From: Longimicrobiales bacterium
Lineage (GTDB): Bacteria; Gemmatimonadota; Gemmatimonadetes; Longimicrobiales; Gaopeijiaceae
Direction: 5' to 3'
Length of the DNA: 64,000 nt
Assembly: GCA_965198065.1 (NCBI GenBank)
Contig: CBDAON010000004.1
Location: 2,368,001 to 2,432,000, forward strand
Part shown: positions 1 through 10,372 of the stretch, piece by piece
Layout of the letters: each line of letters opens with the position of its first letter
Position numbering within the stretch: position 1 is the stretch's first letter
Position numbers and translations under genes: made by a program
Notes under the pieces: model-generated
Database searches by the model: none
What the model was told of the DNA's origin: nothing
The model's input: the letters and a program-made list of their open reading frames with translations, nothing else

Positions 1-467
1 ACCACCCACACCCGCCTCTCGGGGTCGTACGGGCTGATCCGGATCCGGTGGGGTCCCGGCCCATCCGATCCCTCGCAGAGATGGTCCCACTGGTTCCACC
101 TCTCGACGACGGTTCCGTTCGAATCGATGGTGTAGATGCAGTTCTGCCAGACACGGCGCTCGGTGTCAGAGAGCACGTTGATGCCGATCGAGCCGGCGTG
201 CTGCGTGAAGGCCGCCGGGACGGGCGAGGGGAGTTGGGTCTCCCCCCGCTGGAGGATGAAGATCCGGTCCGGGGATTCCGCGAAGATGCCCGAATTCCCC
301 CCGAACGCGTATCCCTCGCCGGCAAACGGGTCGTGCCAGCCCGAGACGATGTCGTAGGGGCTGGGCCCGACGGGACCGGTGATCACTGCCTGCGGGGCGG
401 CCGCAGCCGGCCGAGCTCCGAGCAGGCTGAGCACAGCAATTGAGGCCACTACAGTCCGGGTGACCAT
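1..467 (-). CDS. NHL-repeat / peptidyl-alpha-hydroxyglycine lyase-like beta-propeller protein, N-terminal part (runs off window start)
   Basis: Not in the ORF track; hand translation from ATG at 467 (purine-rich RBS upstream) gives signal peptide MVTRTVVASIAVLSLLG and IFAESPDRIFILQRGE...RRVWQNCIYTIDSNGTVVERWNQWD...GPHRIRISPYDPERRVWV, which aligns by eye with the 56639-57841 protein. Confidence 0.8.
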   Translation of the reverse strand, partial: MVTRTVVASIAVLSLLGARPAAAAPQAVITGPVGPSPYDIVSGWHDPFAGEGYAFGGNSGIFAESPDRIFILQRGETQLPSPVPAAFTQHAGSIGINVLSDTERRVWQNCIYTIDSNGTVVERWNQWDHLCEGSDGPGPHRIRISPYDPERRVWV

Positions 468-516
468 GGTCGTCCTCTCCCCTTCCAGCGTCCCGGCCGC
501 TTCCCGAGCGGAGTGC

Positions 517-3297
517 TCAGGGATTCAGCCAGTAGTTGACCTTAACCATGAAGATGTTATCGGGGGCCACGGTGAACATGTCCCCGGCGTCACGGCTGAA
601 ATCGAAGCTCCCCACCCAGGGACGATCGCCCAGGATTCCCTGGCCGACCACCTCGTTGACCCGGCTCTGCTGCCAGACCAGGAACAGCGTGGAGCCCGGC
701 CTCCACTCCCACCGGAGGACCGCGTTCCCGAGGAGGCTGCGGTAGTTGAAGTCCCGGTTCGAGACCGAGAACGCTTCGGCGGGCCCCGTTGCATCGGGAT
801 CCACATCGTAGCCGCCCTGCTCGTTCGATGTGACGGTCCCGACATCCTCGCCGTAGTCGAGGAAGTCGAACGTTCTAGGTGCCCGGAACTCCCTGAGCCC
901 ACCGTAATCTCCCGTCGAGATGAAGGGCTCGAGATACAGTTGGAGCGAGAGCGTGGGCGAGAAGGTCAGGTCCACCCGTGTCTCCAGGGACAGCGTCGCT
1001 CGATCGATCTCGGCGAACACATACCGCGATCCGTAGGTCGCCTCGGCCAGCGGGTCGCTCACGCGAGCGATGTACTGAGCCGTGGAGTACGACCACGAGT
1101 AGGAGGGGGCCACGCTCACCCGGAGAGTCTCCTGGAACCGGCCGCCCAGATTGATCTGAGCCCGGCGATTCCACCCCCCCAGGTCATCGGATCCCCACTG
1201 GTACGACGCTCTCCCGGTCACGGCCCGTCGGCTGTCCGAGTTCAGGTTGACGTTTTGGGAGAACCGGCTCGGCGACCGCGCGTCCGGTCCGCCCCTCGTC
1301 AGCCGATCGTCAGAGGTCCAGGGCTCGATCTGGATCCGGGTGGACGCGGTCCAGTAGTTCAGGAACTCCAGTGCCAGCTGAACGTTGACGTTGGCGAAGA
1401 CCTGGTCGCCATCGAAGTTCCACACGGCGTCCGGACCGCCGAAGAATCGCCAGGAGCGGAGCACCCTCCCCGGTTCGACCTGGTTGTACTGGTAGTGGGT
1501 GTCGAGCAGAATCCGGTCGCTTGCGGTATGGAAGCCCAGGTCGTTGACCTCGTATCCCGGGCTCACGGCGGCCACGCCCGTCCGCATGGTAAACGTGCCC
1601 GCCTGCTTCCCGACGTACCCCATCACGTAGTACCCCGTAAGCGACGTCCTCGTCGGATCCACGTCCAGGTAGCCGGCGTCGGGACGCTGGTAGTAGCGGG
1701 TGGAGGATTTCTGCGTGCGCTCGATGGCGCTCGCATCCCCGCTGACATAGCTGCCCGAGATCAGGCTGCTGAAGAGCCAGATGCGGTCCGAGGTCTCGTG
1801 GGCGAAATCGATGCCGCCAGCGTACGCGGACGAATGGAGCCGGTCTGCCAGCGGGGTACCCGACACGTCCCGATTCACCGCCGACGTGAGCATGCCGAAA
1901 CGGGTCTGCCCACCCCGAATCTGGCGACGCACCCGAGTGACGAAGTAGTTGGCGACCGGCTCGACGGTCAGCTTGCCCTCGGCCCCTTGGCCATCCACGT
2001 ACGGGGCCCGCTCGCGAGCCGTGACGGCCTCGAGGATTCCGAGCGACCAACCGTCGCCCACCCGTCCGGTGATCTTCGCCGCGCCCGCGATCGTCGTGGC
2101 GTTCGGCATGTCCGAAAACTCCGCCTCGGACGGAACCGAGCCCGACGGCCGCTTCCCGATACGACGGGAATACACGAGAGCGGGCCCTTGGCCGACGCTT
2201 CCCGTGGGTCCGCCTTCTCCGAAGCGAAAGATGTCGGCCCCCTCGACGAAGAACGGCCGGCGCTCGCTGTAGCGAGTCTCGAAAGCGGTGAGGTTGATCA
2301 CGGAAGGATCCACCTCGACCTGCCCGAAGTCCGGGTTTACCGTGGCGTCGAGGGTGACGTTGGAGGTGATCCGGTACTTCAAGTCCAACCCGACGCTTCC
2401 GAAGTGATCGGAGCCCGACCGGTACGGGTTCTCGAAGGGCACTCCGGACGGCGATTCCAGCTGCAGGTACTCCCCCCGCGCAACGGCGTAGGGGAGCAGC
2501 TCGAGCCGCTGGCCCGGCTGGATGCCCTCGATCCCCTCTAGATGGGCGAAGCGGGACACACCGGCCCGCTCGAGAAGCGGCGTGAACGGAAAGGTGGCGT
2601 TCTCCTGGTTTCGGTTGATGTTCCGCTCCACCTGAATGCCCCAGACCTGCTGTTCGGCCCGCGCGAAGCGCAGCTGGCTGAACGGAATCCGCATCTCCAC
2701 GGTCCAACCCGACGCCGTCTGATCGGTCGCCACGTCCCACACCGGATCCCACGATGAGTCGCCTCCCCCCGCGCTGTTACCAGTCATGATCGCGTCGCCC
2801 GTGACGCCGGACGGGTTCGTCCAGAACCGGTACGCGGTCTCGTGATCGTGATAGCTGTCGATCAGCACGGTGAAGGAATCAGAGTCCCCGAGCCCGGCAT
2901 CCCTTCGCGCGAGACGGGTCGTTAGGGGACTCCGATCGTCGAGGGTGGCGGCCACGTAAATCGCGTCGTCGTCGTAGGCAATCCGCACCTCCGTGCGCTC
3001 CGAGGCGGGCTGGCCCTCCAGCGGCAGCGTCTGGATGAACTCCGTGATGGGAGTCGCGTCGGACCACGACGACTCGTCGAGCACGCCATCGACCGAGATC
3101 GGAGCCGCGAGGCGCACCGCACGCGCGCTGGGGGCGAGGGCGTGCTCGTACTCGGCGTTCGGATCCACTGCCGCCGTGCGCGCCCGGTCCTCCACTGGAA
3201 CCTGGGCCGCGAGGGCGGAAGGGGAGAGCGAGGCCAGCAGGCACCCGACCGCCAGGGGGAGGAGACTCGAGCGCGCCGGAGGTAGCTGGGAGTCCAT
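517..3297 (-). CDS. DUF5916 / carbohydrate-binding family 9-like outer membrane protein
   Basis: Signal peptide; DGVLDE..W, TEVRIAYDDDAIYV, WTVEMRIPFSQLRF, ATVNPDFGQVEVD, E.RPFFVEG, YSRRIG motifs; C-terminal KVNYW; alternative start 3324. Confidence 0.8.
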   Translation of the reverse strand: MDSQLPPARSSLLPLAVGCLLASLSPSALAAQVPVEDRARTAAVDPNAEYEHALAPSARAVRLAAPISVDGVLDESSWSDATPITEFIQTLPLEGQPASERTEVRIAYDDDAIYVAATLDDRSPLTTRLARRDAGLGDSDSFTVLIDSYHDHETAYRFWTNPSGVTGDAIMTGNSAGGGDSSWDPVWDVATDQTASGWTVEMRIPFSQLRFARAEQQVWGIQVERNINRNQENATFPFTPLLERAGVSRFAHLEGIEGIQPGQRLELLPYAVARGEYLQLESPSGVPFENPYRSGSDHFGSVGLDLKYRITSNVTLDATVNPDFGQVEVDPSVINLTAFETRYSERRPFFVEGADIFRFGEGGPTGSVGQGPALVYSRRIGKRPSGSVPSEAEFSDMPNATTIAGAAKITGRVGDGWSLGILEAVTARERAPYVDGQGAEGKLTVEPVANYFVTRVRRQIRGGQTRFGMLTSAVNRDVSGTPLADRLHSSAYAGGIDFAHETSDRIWLFSSLISGSYVSGDASAIERTQKSSTRYYQRPDAGYLDVDPTRTSLTGYYVMGYVGKQAGTFTMRTGVAAVSPGYEVNDLGFHTASDRILLDTHYQYNQVEPGRVLRSWRFFGGPDAVWNFDGDQVFANVNVQLALEFLNYWTASTRIQIEPWTSDDRLTRGGPDARSPSRFSQNVNLNSDSRRAVTGRASYQWGSDDLGGWNRRAQINLGGRFQETLRVSVAPSYSWSYSTAQYIARVSDPLAEATYGSRYVFAEIDRATLSLETRVDLTFSPTLSLQLYLEPFISTGDYGGLREFRAPRTFDFLDYGEDVGTVTSNEQGGYDVDPDATGPAEAFSVSNRDFNYRSLLGNAVLRWEWRPGSTLFLVWQQSRVNEVVGQGILGDRPWVGSFDFSRDAGDMFTVAPDNIFMVKVNYWLNP

Positions 3298-3386
3298 AGA
3301 AAGGGTCCGCTGGGTGAGTGTCATCCGAACGATGCGGTAAGCTCACGAGATCCCCCCGCCGCGGCAAGCCGGAGCTTCCGTGACCG

Positions 3387-3494
3387 CCGAGCGGAGACTC
3401 GAGTGCCGCCGAGGGCGTGGCCGCCGACCGGGACGGAGTCATCTACGGTGCGGAGGTGGGTCCGAGGCGGGTGGTCCGCTACACCAGGCCGTAG
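3387..3494 (+). pseudogene. Orphan C-terminal fragment of an NHL-repeat protein
   Basis: Reads PSGDSSAAEGVAADRDGVIYGAEVGPRRVVRYTRP* (NHL blade-like); in-frame TGA at 3381 and no start codon. Confidence 0.55.
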
Positions 3495-3593
3495 CGGCCC
3501 GGGCCGACGAGGGGGACAGCGCCCGAGCCGGGAGCAATTCCCGGAGAGCCGCCGCCCCCTGGCGTCCCTTGGGTGACGAAAGCGCGGGCGCCC

Positions 3594-5856
3594 TCAGTCC
3601 GCTCCCATCTCAGCGAAGCCGGAAAGGTCAAACTGACGGGTGAACTTGATCGCGACGGTGCGCTCGGGGGTCTCGAGCGCGCGCCGCGGCCAGAGCCCCG
3701 ACACGCCGGTTATGTCCATGTTCTGCCGTTCGTTGTACACGATGAACAGGCCGGTCCCCGCCGTGTCGAGCCAGCCGAAGCGGACGTTTCCGGACCAGAG
3801 CCCGGTTTGGTCACTTACTGAACCACTCCCTCGATGAACACACCCGGGCTGAACGTGTACTGCGCGTTCACGCGCGTAAGCGTCGTGTTGTAGTCGCCTT
3901 CGGGCAGGCTGATTCGATTGTGTGAGACGTTCACACCGCCCGTGAGCGTGGCCCCCCGCCGGATCGAGACGCCCAAGTTTCCGCCGGACGGTTGCCGCTC
4001 AGGTACGTTCCCACGTCGTAGCGGCCGTTCAGGGAAACCGGTGCGGACGGGTTCGTCCGGAAGGTGGCGTATGAGGTCCAGCCACGGTAGGTCCCCGCGG
4101 GGACCTCGATGCCGGTGCCTCGAATGCGGAACGGCTCCGTGAGGCCCTCGTGCACCCAGTTGATCGCGGGGTGGAACGTGCTCCCGTTCTCGAACGTGAG
4201 ATATAGGTGCTCGTGGAAGAAATCCAACTCCTTGAAGCCGTCTGTGTTGTATGCCCAGTTGCGACGAGATTGGAATCGAACCTCCATCATCCAGGGCGCC
4301 GCCGGTCGGAAGGTGCGTTCCACCTGTAGGGCGGTCTCCCGAAAGCCCGGGTAGGAAACGAAGCCCAGGTCGGGATTGAAGTTCTCGCCGACCTGGTCGT
4401 AATAGGCGCGGAGGTACCAGTCCCTGTTCCGGAACTCTCCGACGAAGCTCAAGATCTCACGCCCGGTATCGACTTCCGGCGTGTCCGAGAGCCCCGCGAG
4501 CGCGCTGAACGTCCAGATGTCTCCGATGCCCAGGCGCCCGTCGAAGGCGTACGTTGGGCCGTAATCGCCCGACCCGCCGCGGGAGTCGCGGGACGTGTAG
4601 ATGGCCCCCAGCTGCGAGCGGTTCGGCAGCTCACGGGCGATCCGCGCGACGCTCCACCCGGCCGGGTCCTGCACTCCGGGTAGGCCACCGGTCCTCATAT
4701 GAAGGAGGCCGACATCCATGCCCTGGACTCGGCCGGACAGGCGCCCGCCCCAGTCGATCGGCACCTGCTGCCCGGAGGCCACGCCGATGCGCCGGCTGTG
4801 AAACAGCCGGGTCCGGGCGCCCGTGCACCCCGGGGAGGACTGGATCCCCACGGAGAAGAGCCCCGCGTTCTCCAGAAAGAACAGGCGCTTCTCGGGGAAG
4901 AAGAGGCTGTAGCGGGACAGGTCCACCTGCTGGTCGTCGACCTCGACCTGCGCGAAGTCGGTGTTCACCGTGAGGTCGAGGGCGAGGCTCGGCGTGATTC
5001 CGATCTTCGCGTCGGCACCGTACTCGAACGGATAGTTCACGTCGGGATCCAACGCCGGGTCCCCCGAAGGGAGGCGTTGGGCCGCGCTCATCAGGTAGGG
5101 GGTCAGGGTCGTCTGCCTGCGCGGGGGCGGCTGGAGGCTCGCGAGAACCCCGGCTTCCGTCAGCCGGTAGAAGCCGAACTGGCGCGGCACGGGGGACCAG
5201 ACTACCTGCTCATTCTTTCGCCCGATGTACCTCGTGAGGTTCAGCCCCCACGTCTGCTCGACCCCCGCGCCGTAGCGGAGCGTCGAGAACGGAATGCGGA
5301 TCTCCGCGTACCAACCGTCGCCGTCCTGGGAAGCCGCCACGGTCCAGCTTCCGTCCCAGTTCGTGTCGGCGCCTCGCTCGCCCCTTACCTGCCCGTCGTA
5401 CTCGATGCCACCGGGGTTCGTCCCGAACACGAAGCCATTCTGCTGGTCGTGGTAGGTGTCCAGCACGAGGAGGATCGCGTCTACATCCGTCATGTTGGCG
5501 TCGCGCCGCCGCTCGCCGGGAATGATCCGATTCGGTTCGCGGTCGTACATCCAGGCGCCGACGTAGAGCGCTTCGTCGTCGAACAGAATCTTCACCTCGG
5601 TTGCTTCGGTTGCCGGCGCACCCTCCACGGGCTCGTGCTGGACGAAGCCCGACAGCGGCTGGCCCATGTCCCATACGGCCTCGTCGAGTCGTCCGTCGAT
5701 GGTGGGCCCCACCTCCGCACGGGTCGCGGCGCCTGATCGGACGGCAGCCGGACCGATCGACTGCGCCTCCGCCCGGGCGGCTCCCAGGGCCGGCGCCAGG
5801 AGGAGAAGGAGGATCAACGCGAAACGCGCGGTCGGTCCGGTCAAGGGGGTACCCAT
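3594..5856 (-). pseudogene. Second DUF5916-family outer membrane protein, frameshifted near 3985 and 3816 (probably artefactual)
   Basis: ORF 3931-6015 has DGRLDE..W, EIRIPFSTLRY, TVNTDFAQVEVD, FPEKRLFFLE, FHSRRIG; C-terminus continues in other frames (GNLGVSIRRG...VNAQYTFSP; NVRFGWLDTAGTGLFIVYNE...IKFTRQF) to TGA at 3594. Confidence 0.7.
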
Positions 5857-6011
5857 CGTGATCGCCCCGCGAATGTCGTCCAGGTTGTGCGTCCCGCGTG
5901 TCGCACGGCGGTGGGCCGCGCTCACGAGGGTGCCCGCACGTCGCCGTCCAGCGCTGGAAGAAAGGGGCGGCTCTCTGAGTGGCGGCCGGGCGCCGGGCCG
6001 GTGGGCGGGAA

Positions 6012-6893
6012 TCACCGGGTTCCCAGGATGATCACGACGGCGCCGAGCCCGAGGGCGACCACGATCCTCCGCAGGCTTAGGGGGTTCGCGTCCATTTCGG
6101 CCGAGGGATCCCGGGTCCAGAACATGACGACGCCGCAGCTCGTGAGGGCGGCGTACTGTATGGGAAGCGACGACGCGTGGTGAACCTCAAGGGCCTCTAC
6201 GTCCCGCGTCGCGAGCAGGTCGTCGATCACCACGGGGTTGCCCAGAACCACACCGTCCATGACGACCCGGGGCACACACCCGCCTCTCAGCCGGACGGTC
6301 GCACCGATTCCCACTCCCCCCGAGGCGACCCGCGTGCCCGGAATCGTGCGGAACAGATCGGTTATCTGGTAGGGATTTCGGGCCTCGATCTCGTCCCGGC
6401 TCATAAAGTCGCCGGTGCCCATCCGGCGGCGCGCGTAGAAGCCCTGGGTCTCAAGCAGGTTGCGGCGCCTGGCCGTAGCCACTACCGGCTCCAGCTCGAA
6501 GAAATCGACCGGAACCATCTGGGCTCGCATGTCGACGGTGGCGCCCTCGCTTATGACGACATCGGAGGAGAGGGGCGCATAGAGGACCGCCTCGAAGTCG
6601 ATCCGGTACCGCCCTGCCGGGATGTCCGCGGCGCGGAAGCGACCTGCTTCGTTGGACACCCCCTCCCATATCGGCTCGTCCTCGGCGTCGGCCGGAACGA
6701 GCCTGACGGTGGCCCCCTCGATCGGCTCCTCCTCTTGCCGGTCCAGGACGATGCCGGTCAACCGGATAGGACCTTGCAGCTGCTGCGGGGGGGGTGCGTC
6801 CTGCGCTCGCGCCCCCGCCGGTACGAGCACCAGCAGGGCGACGGCTGCCCCAGCCAACCGCCCTAGAAGCCTCGAGACGCGCGTATCTCGCAT
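6012..6893 (-). CDS. Carboxypeptidase regulatory-like domain plus TonB plug-like domain protein with C-terminal TM anchor
   Basis: Signal peptide; GIVLD..EEPIEGATV, GFYARR..G.GDF..RDEIE, GCVPRVVMDG, DVEALEV, CGVVMFWTR; hydrophobic C-terminus. Confidence 0.7.
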   Translation of the reverse strand: MRDTRVSRLLGRLAGAAVALLVLVPAGARAQDAPPPQQLQGPIRLTGIVLDRQEEEPIEGATVRLVPADAEDEPIWEGVSNEAGRFRAADIPAGRYRIDFEAVLYAPLSSDVVISEGATVDMRAQMVPVDFFELEPVVATARRRNLLETQGFYARRRMGTGDFMSRDEIEARNPYQITDLFRTIPGTRVASGGVGIGATVRLRGGCVPRVVMDGVVLGNPVVIDDLLATRDVEALEVHHASSLPIQYAALTSCGVVMFWTRDPSAEMDANPLSLRRIVVALGLGAVVIILGTR

Positions 6894-7095
6894 ACGTATA
6901 CGTTAGTTCCCCTGCCGACGCCGGGCCACCTTTTCGCGTCGGGAGCGCCCGCCTCAGAAGGCCAGAGAAGCCCAGGGACCAGAGGTAGCGGACGAGCGTG
7001 CGCGCCTCCTCGTCTTCCAGCGGCGCCGGGGGCATGGCCGGCAGGAGACCTCGCCGCGAGCCGTGGGACCCCGAAGGCCCCTGCCCCCGGACGGG

Positions 7096-8067
7096 TCAGG
7101 GCTCGGCCGTCTGCCCCAGGACGGCCGCGATGAGGAGCACGCCGGCCGCCAGCGTCACCTCCCACGTCGCCCGTCGGCGCACCCCGCGCAGCCCCTCCTC
7201 GGTGTCCAACACGGGGAGCCCCCGCCGCCAGTTCAGCAGTCCCAGCAGGAACACCGCACCGGCGAGGAGGACTTTGACGGAGAGGATCCGTCCGTACGGC
7301 GAGCCCCACAGGTCCCCGACCGAGTCGAGGTGCGTCCAACTCAGGAGTGTGCCGGTCGCGACCAGGGCAGTCACGCTCACGATGGCCATGCGCGAGAAGC
7401 TGCGAAGCTGCGCCGCCAGAAGAGGGCCTCCGTCGAATCCCCCTTCGGGGCGTCCTACCGCAAGGATGAGGCCGAGCGAGCCGATCCAGGCGCCGGCCCC
7501 GAGCGCATGAACCCCGTCGGCCAGGATTGCCACGGCTCTCCCGGACTCCACCCCCATCGCATGGCTCGAGAGTGCGACGGTCGCCACGAGGAGGAGCACG
7601 AGCACGCCTACGGCCCACCAGGCAGGCGAGGTCCCGGATCGGACGTCCGTCGGGCGCGCCGGCGCGCCACCCTTCGTCCTCCCACCAAAGAGAGCGCCCG
7701 GGCGTGCGATCCAGAATGCGGCCGCGAGGAGCGGAAGGAGCGCTCCCTGCACCAGCCAGACCGTGCCCCAGAACGTGTCACGGACGAGGAACGAGACATC
7801 CTCGGAGAGAGGAACGAAGGGATCCCGGAACCCCATTACCTGGACGACCAATCGCAGGACCCAGACTAGGATCAGGAGAGCCACGGTGAGCGCTCCCACC
7901 GCGGCGATCCTTCGCTCGACCCTTTGAAGCCCGGGAACCTCGTGAGCTCCGAGCGCGCGCGCCGCCCCCGGCTGGACGACACCTCTCCACGCGACGCAGC
8001 CCACGGCGAGGGCTACGCCGACTAAGAGCAACCACTGTTGAAGGGAGGGAAGGAACCCTCCGGTCAC
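7096..8067 (-). CDS. copD: CopD family copper resistance membrane protein
   Basis: Multi-TM; TFWG..W, ALSSHA, DGVHALGAGAWIGSL, FS.MA, SPYGRILSVK; GTG start overlaps the copC stop. Confidence 0.8.
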   Translation of the reverse strand: MTGGFLPSLQQWLLLVGVALAVGCVAWRGVVQPGAARALGAHEVPGLQRVERRIAAVGALTVALLILVWVLRLVVQVMGFRDPFVPLSEDVSFLVRDTFWGTVWLVQGALLPLLAAAFWIARPGALFGGRTKGGAPARPTDVRSGTSPAWWAVGVLVLLLVATVALSSHAMGVESGRAVAILADGVHALGAGAWIGSLGLILAVGRPEGGFDGGPLLAAQLRSFSRMAIVSVTALVATGTLLSWTHLDSVGDLWGSPYGRILSVKVLLAGAVFLLGLLNWRRGLPVLDTEEGLRGVRRRATWEVTLAAGVLLIAAVLGQTAEP

Positions 8068-8483
8068 TCGGCCGCGACCCGGAAGCTGTAGCTGTCCCGG
8101 ACCACGTGGCCGTCCTGGGCCATCACACGCCATTGGACCACGTACGCCCCGGGCGGGAGCGGGGACTCGAAGGCGACGTAGACCTGCCGGTGGTCCTCCT
8201 CGTACGCGGAGGGAGGCGTTGTCGTCATGAGGGACCGTCCCGAGTCCACAACCCTCACCGTGGTCGCGCGCATCTGGGGCGGCTCGGTAAAGAAGAGGCG
8301 GACCTCGGCGACGGGCGCCGAGGCGATCGAATCCGGCCCCGGAATGGAGTGATCGAGCGCGAGGTGGCGCGGCAGGACTTCCGCGCCGGCCATCGGCGAG
8401 AGAGGGATGAGCTGCGCGAGAACGGCACCCACGGCCAAAGCTCCCACGAGGATTGGGATGCGGTGCGTCGCAGCGTATCTCAT
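8064..8483 (-). CDS. copC: CopC family periplasmic copper-binding protein
   Basis: Signal peptide; HLALDHSIP, LFFTEP, LPPGAYVVQWRVMAQDGH; GAGGGAGGA RBS before ATG 8483. Confidence 0.85.
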   Translation of the reverse strand: MRYAATHRIPILVGALAVGAVLAQLIPLSPMAGAEVLPRHLALDHSIPGPDSIASAPVAEVRLFFTEPPQMRATTVRVVDSGRSLMTTTPPSAYEEDHRQVYVAFESPLPPGAYVVQWRVMAQDGHVVRDSYSFRVAAE

Positions 8484-8748
8484 CTCGGTCCTCCCTCGAG
8501 CGAAGAGGTTCGGATGGCTCGGACCCCCTAGACCGGTCGGAACAGGTCGGCGATCCTGGGTGGCCCTGGCGATGCTACCCCGGCGCGGGGCCCCGTGTCC
8601 CGGAGGGTGGGGACCCGCATGCGCGCGCTTGCCTTGTGGCAACCCCGGGAACAACCTTGGGGGTACCATAATACTCCCGACGCCGGAGCCCAAGGGGCTC
8701 GCCGGGGAACGTGAATCCTCTGACTCGCTCCCGGCCGAACCGAAGGAC

Positions 8749-9829
8749 ATGGACACACGCACGCGGGGGTTCGCGGCGCTGGCCGCTGCGGGCCTCGTCT
8801 TCTGCGCCTGCGAGGGCGAGGCCCCCGGTCCGGAGCCGGAAGCCGCGGAGCCACTTTCGCCGCTCGAGGGTCTCCACGTCGACACCGTCGCGACGGTAGG
8901 GGCCCCGGAGGGGCAGCCTTGGGAAGCGTTCGGAGGCATCTGGGAGGTCGCGGCAGCTCCCGACGGACGCTTTGCGGTGCTCGACATCGAGGCCGGCGCC
9001 GTCCACGTTCTACGACGCGACCGGAGCCCACCTGGGATCCGTCGCCGAGGCAGGACTGGAGCCCGGTCAGCTACGCCGTGCGACGGGGCTGGCCTGGAAC
9101 CCGAACGGCGAGCTCCTAGTCTGGGATCCGGGGGGGTCCTGGGTCTCGAGCTTCACAGTGAGTCCGGACGGCGTGAGCTTTGCGGACCGGCAACCCGCTT
9201 ACGCCTTCGGGGAGACGGGGTTCTGCGCGCTGGACGACCGGATCTACCTGAGCTACTTAGTGGAAGACCAGGTCGTCCACGAGATTAACGCCGAGGGGGC
9301 GGTGGCCCGCTCGTTCTCGCAGGCACCCGCCGTCGCGGGGATCGAGACGATCGCCGAGGATCTGAGGGCTCTCGCGCGCGAGGAGCTCACGCCGTCCAGG
9401 CTTCTCTGCCTCGCCGACCGCATCCTCGAGGTGAGCTACTTCCAGTCCCGGATCCAGCTCCACGACTCCGAGGGGTCGCTCGTCTGGAGCCGTGAGGTGG
9501 ACGAGTTCTCTCCGGTCGTGGCGTACAGCCCCGACAACATGGGGGTGGGTCTGCGATACGCGGAGGGGAGTGGGTCGCACCTGTCCCGCTCGGTGGTGCC
9601 CTGGGGGGTGGATCGTGCGCTCCTCCAGTACGAGCTCCGAACGCCTGGACCCCGCCCGGCTGGTGCGGACTACGAATCGCTGGAATCGCGCCTCATCCGG
9701 CTCGATACCGGCGAGGAAGTGGATCGGACGCGGGGCCTCCCCCTCTTTCTGGCCGGGTACGGAGATCGCCTCTACCAGGTCCGCCAGCTCCCCCTTCCTC
9801 AGGTCCTCGTTCTCGAGGGACGCGACTAG
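8749..9829 (+). pseudogene. Six-bladed beta-propeller lipoprotein, frameshifted near 9010
   Basis: Lipobox LVFCAC, then VG..EG...EAFG.I..VA..PDG.F.VLD; continues in ORF 8972-9829 (DATGAHLG...G.EPGQL). Confidence 0.6.
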
Positions 9830-10372
9830 GGGCCGAGGGCCTCACGGGCTCCCCGAAGGGGCGTGTCGTGCTGGCATTTCGTTGCGACTGTAAGTGACCT
9901 TCGAGTTCAGCTCACGGCGTTCCGAGCAAGTTCCGGAAACACCTGGGACGGGTGTGTTTCGCCGGCTGGGCGTGCCTTCAGGGGGTGCGTGGGTCAGCCT
10001 GCCGGTCGCGGGACGGCGGTGCGCACACCCCGACCCTTCCACCACCGAGCGCGGGGGCGGCCGGGAAGATGAGCCCGGCGGACGAGCGGACGCGGCAGGC
10101 GGCCGAGGGGACGGTGCGGGGGCGGGGTTGCGGCGGGGTGGGGCGAGTCCTGCTCGAGGAGGAGTAGTTGCCCGGGACCGTGGGCCAGCTGCTCGCGAGC
10201 TCGCCGCTCGTGGCTGGGCCGGAGCGGATCTACCGGCGGATGCAGGAGCAGCGCGGGTAGTCGGCAGCCGGGGGCGGGAGGATCGGGTGGTGGACGCCGG
10301 AGCACGAACCGCAGGCACGGTGGTCGGTCGGGCCCGAGGTGTGCCCGCCTGCGCACGGACGGTCCCGCCGAC

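Noticed and set aside
379..2541. Long antisense and alternative-frame ORFs (e.g. 379-2541, 28011-30215, 25357-27111, 48838-50337)
   Set aside because: Shadow ORFs of high-GC genes with recognisable products on the other strand or frame
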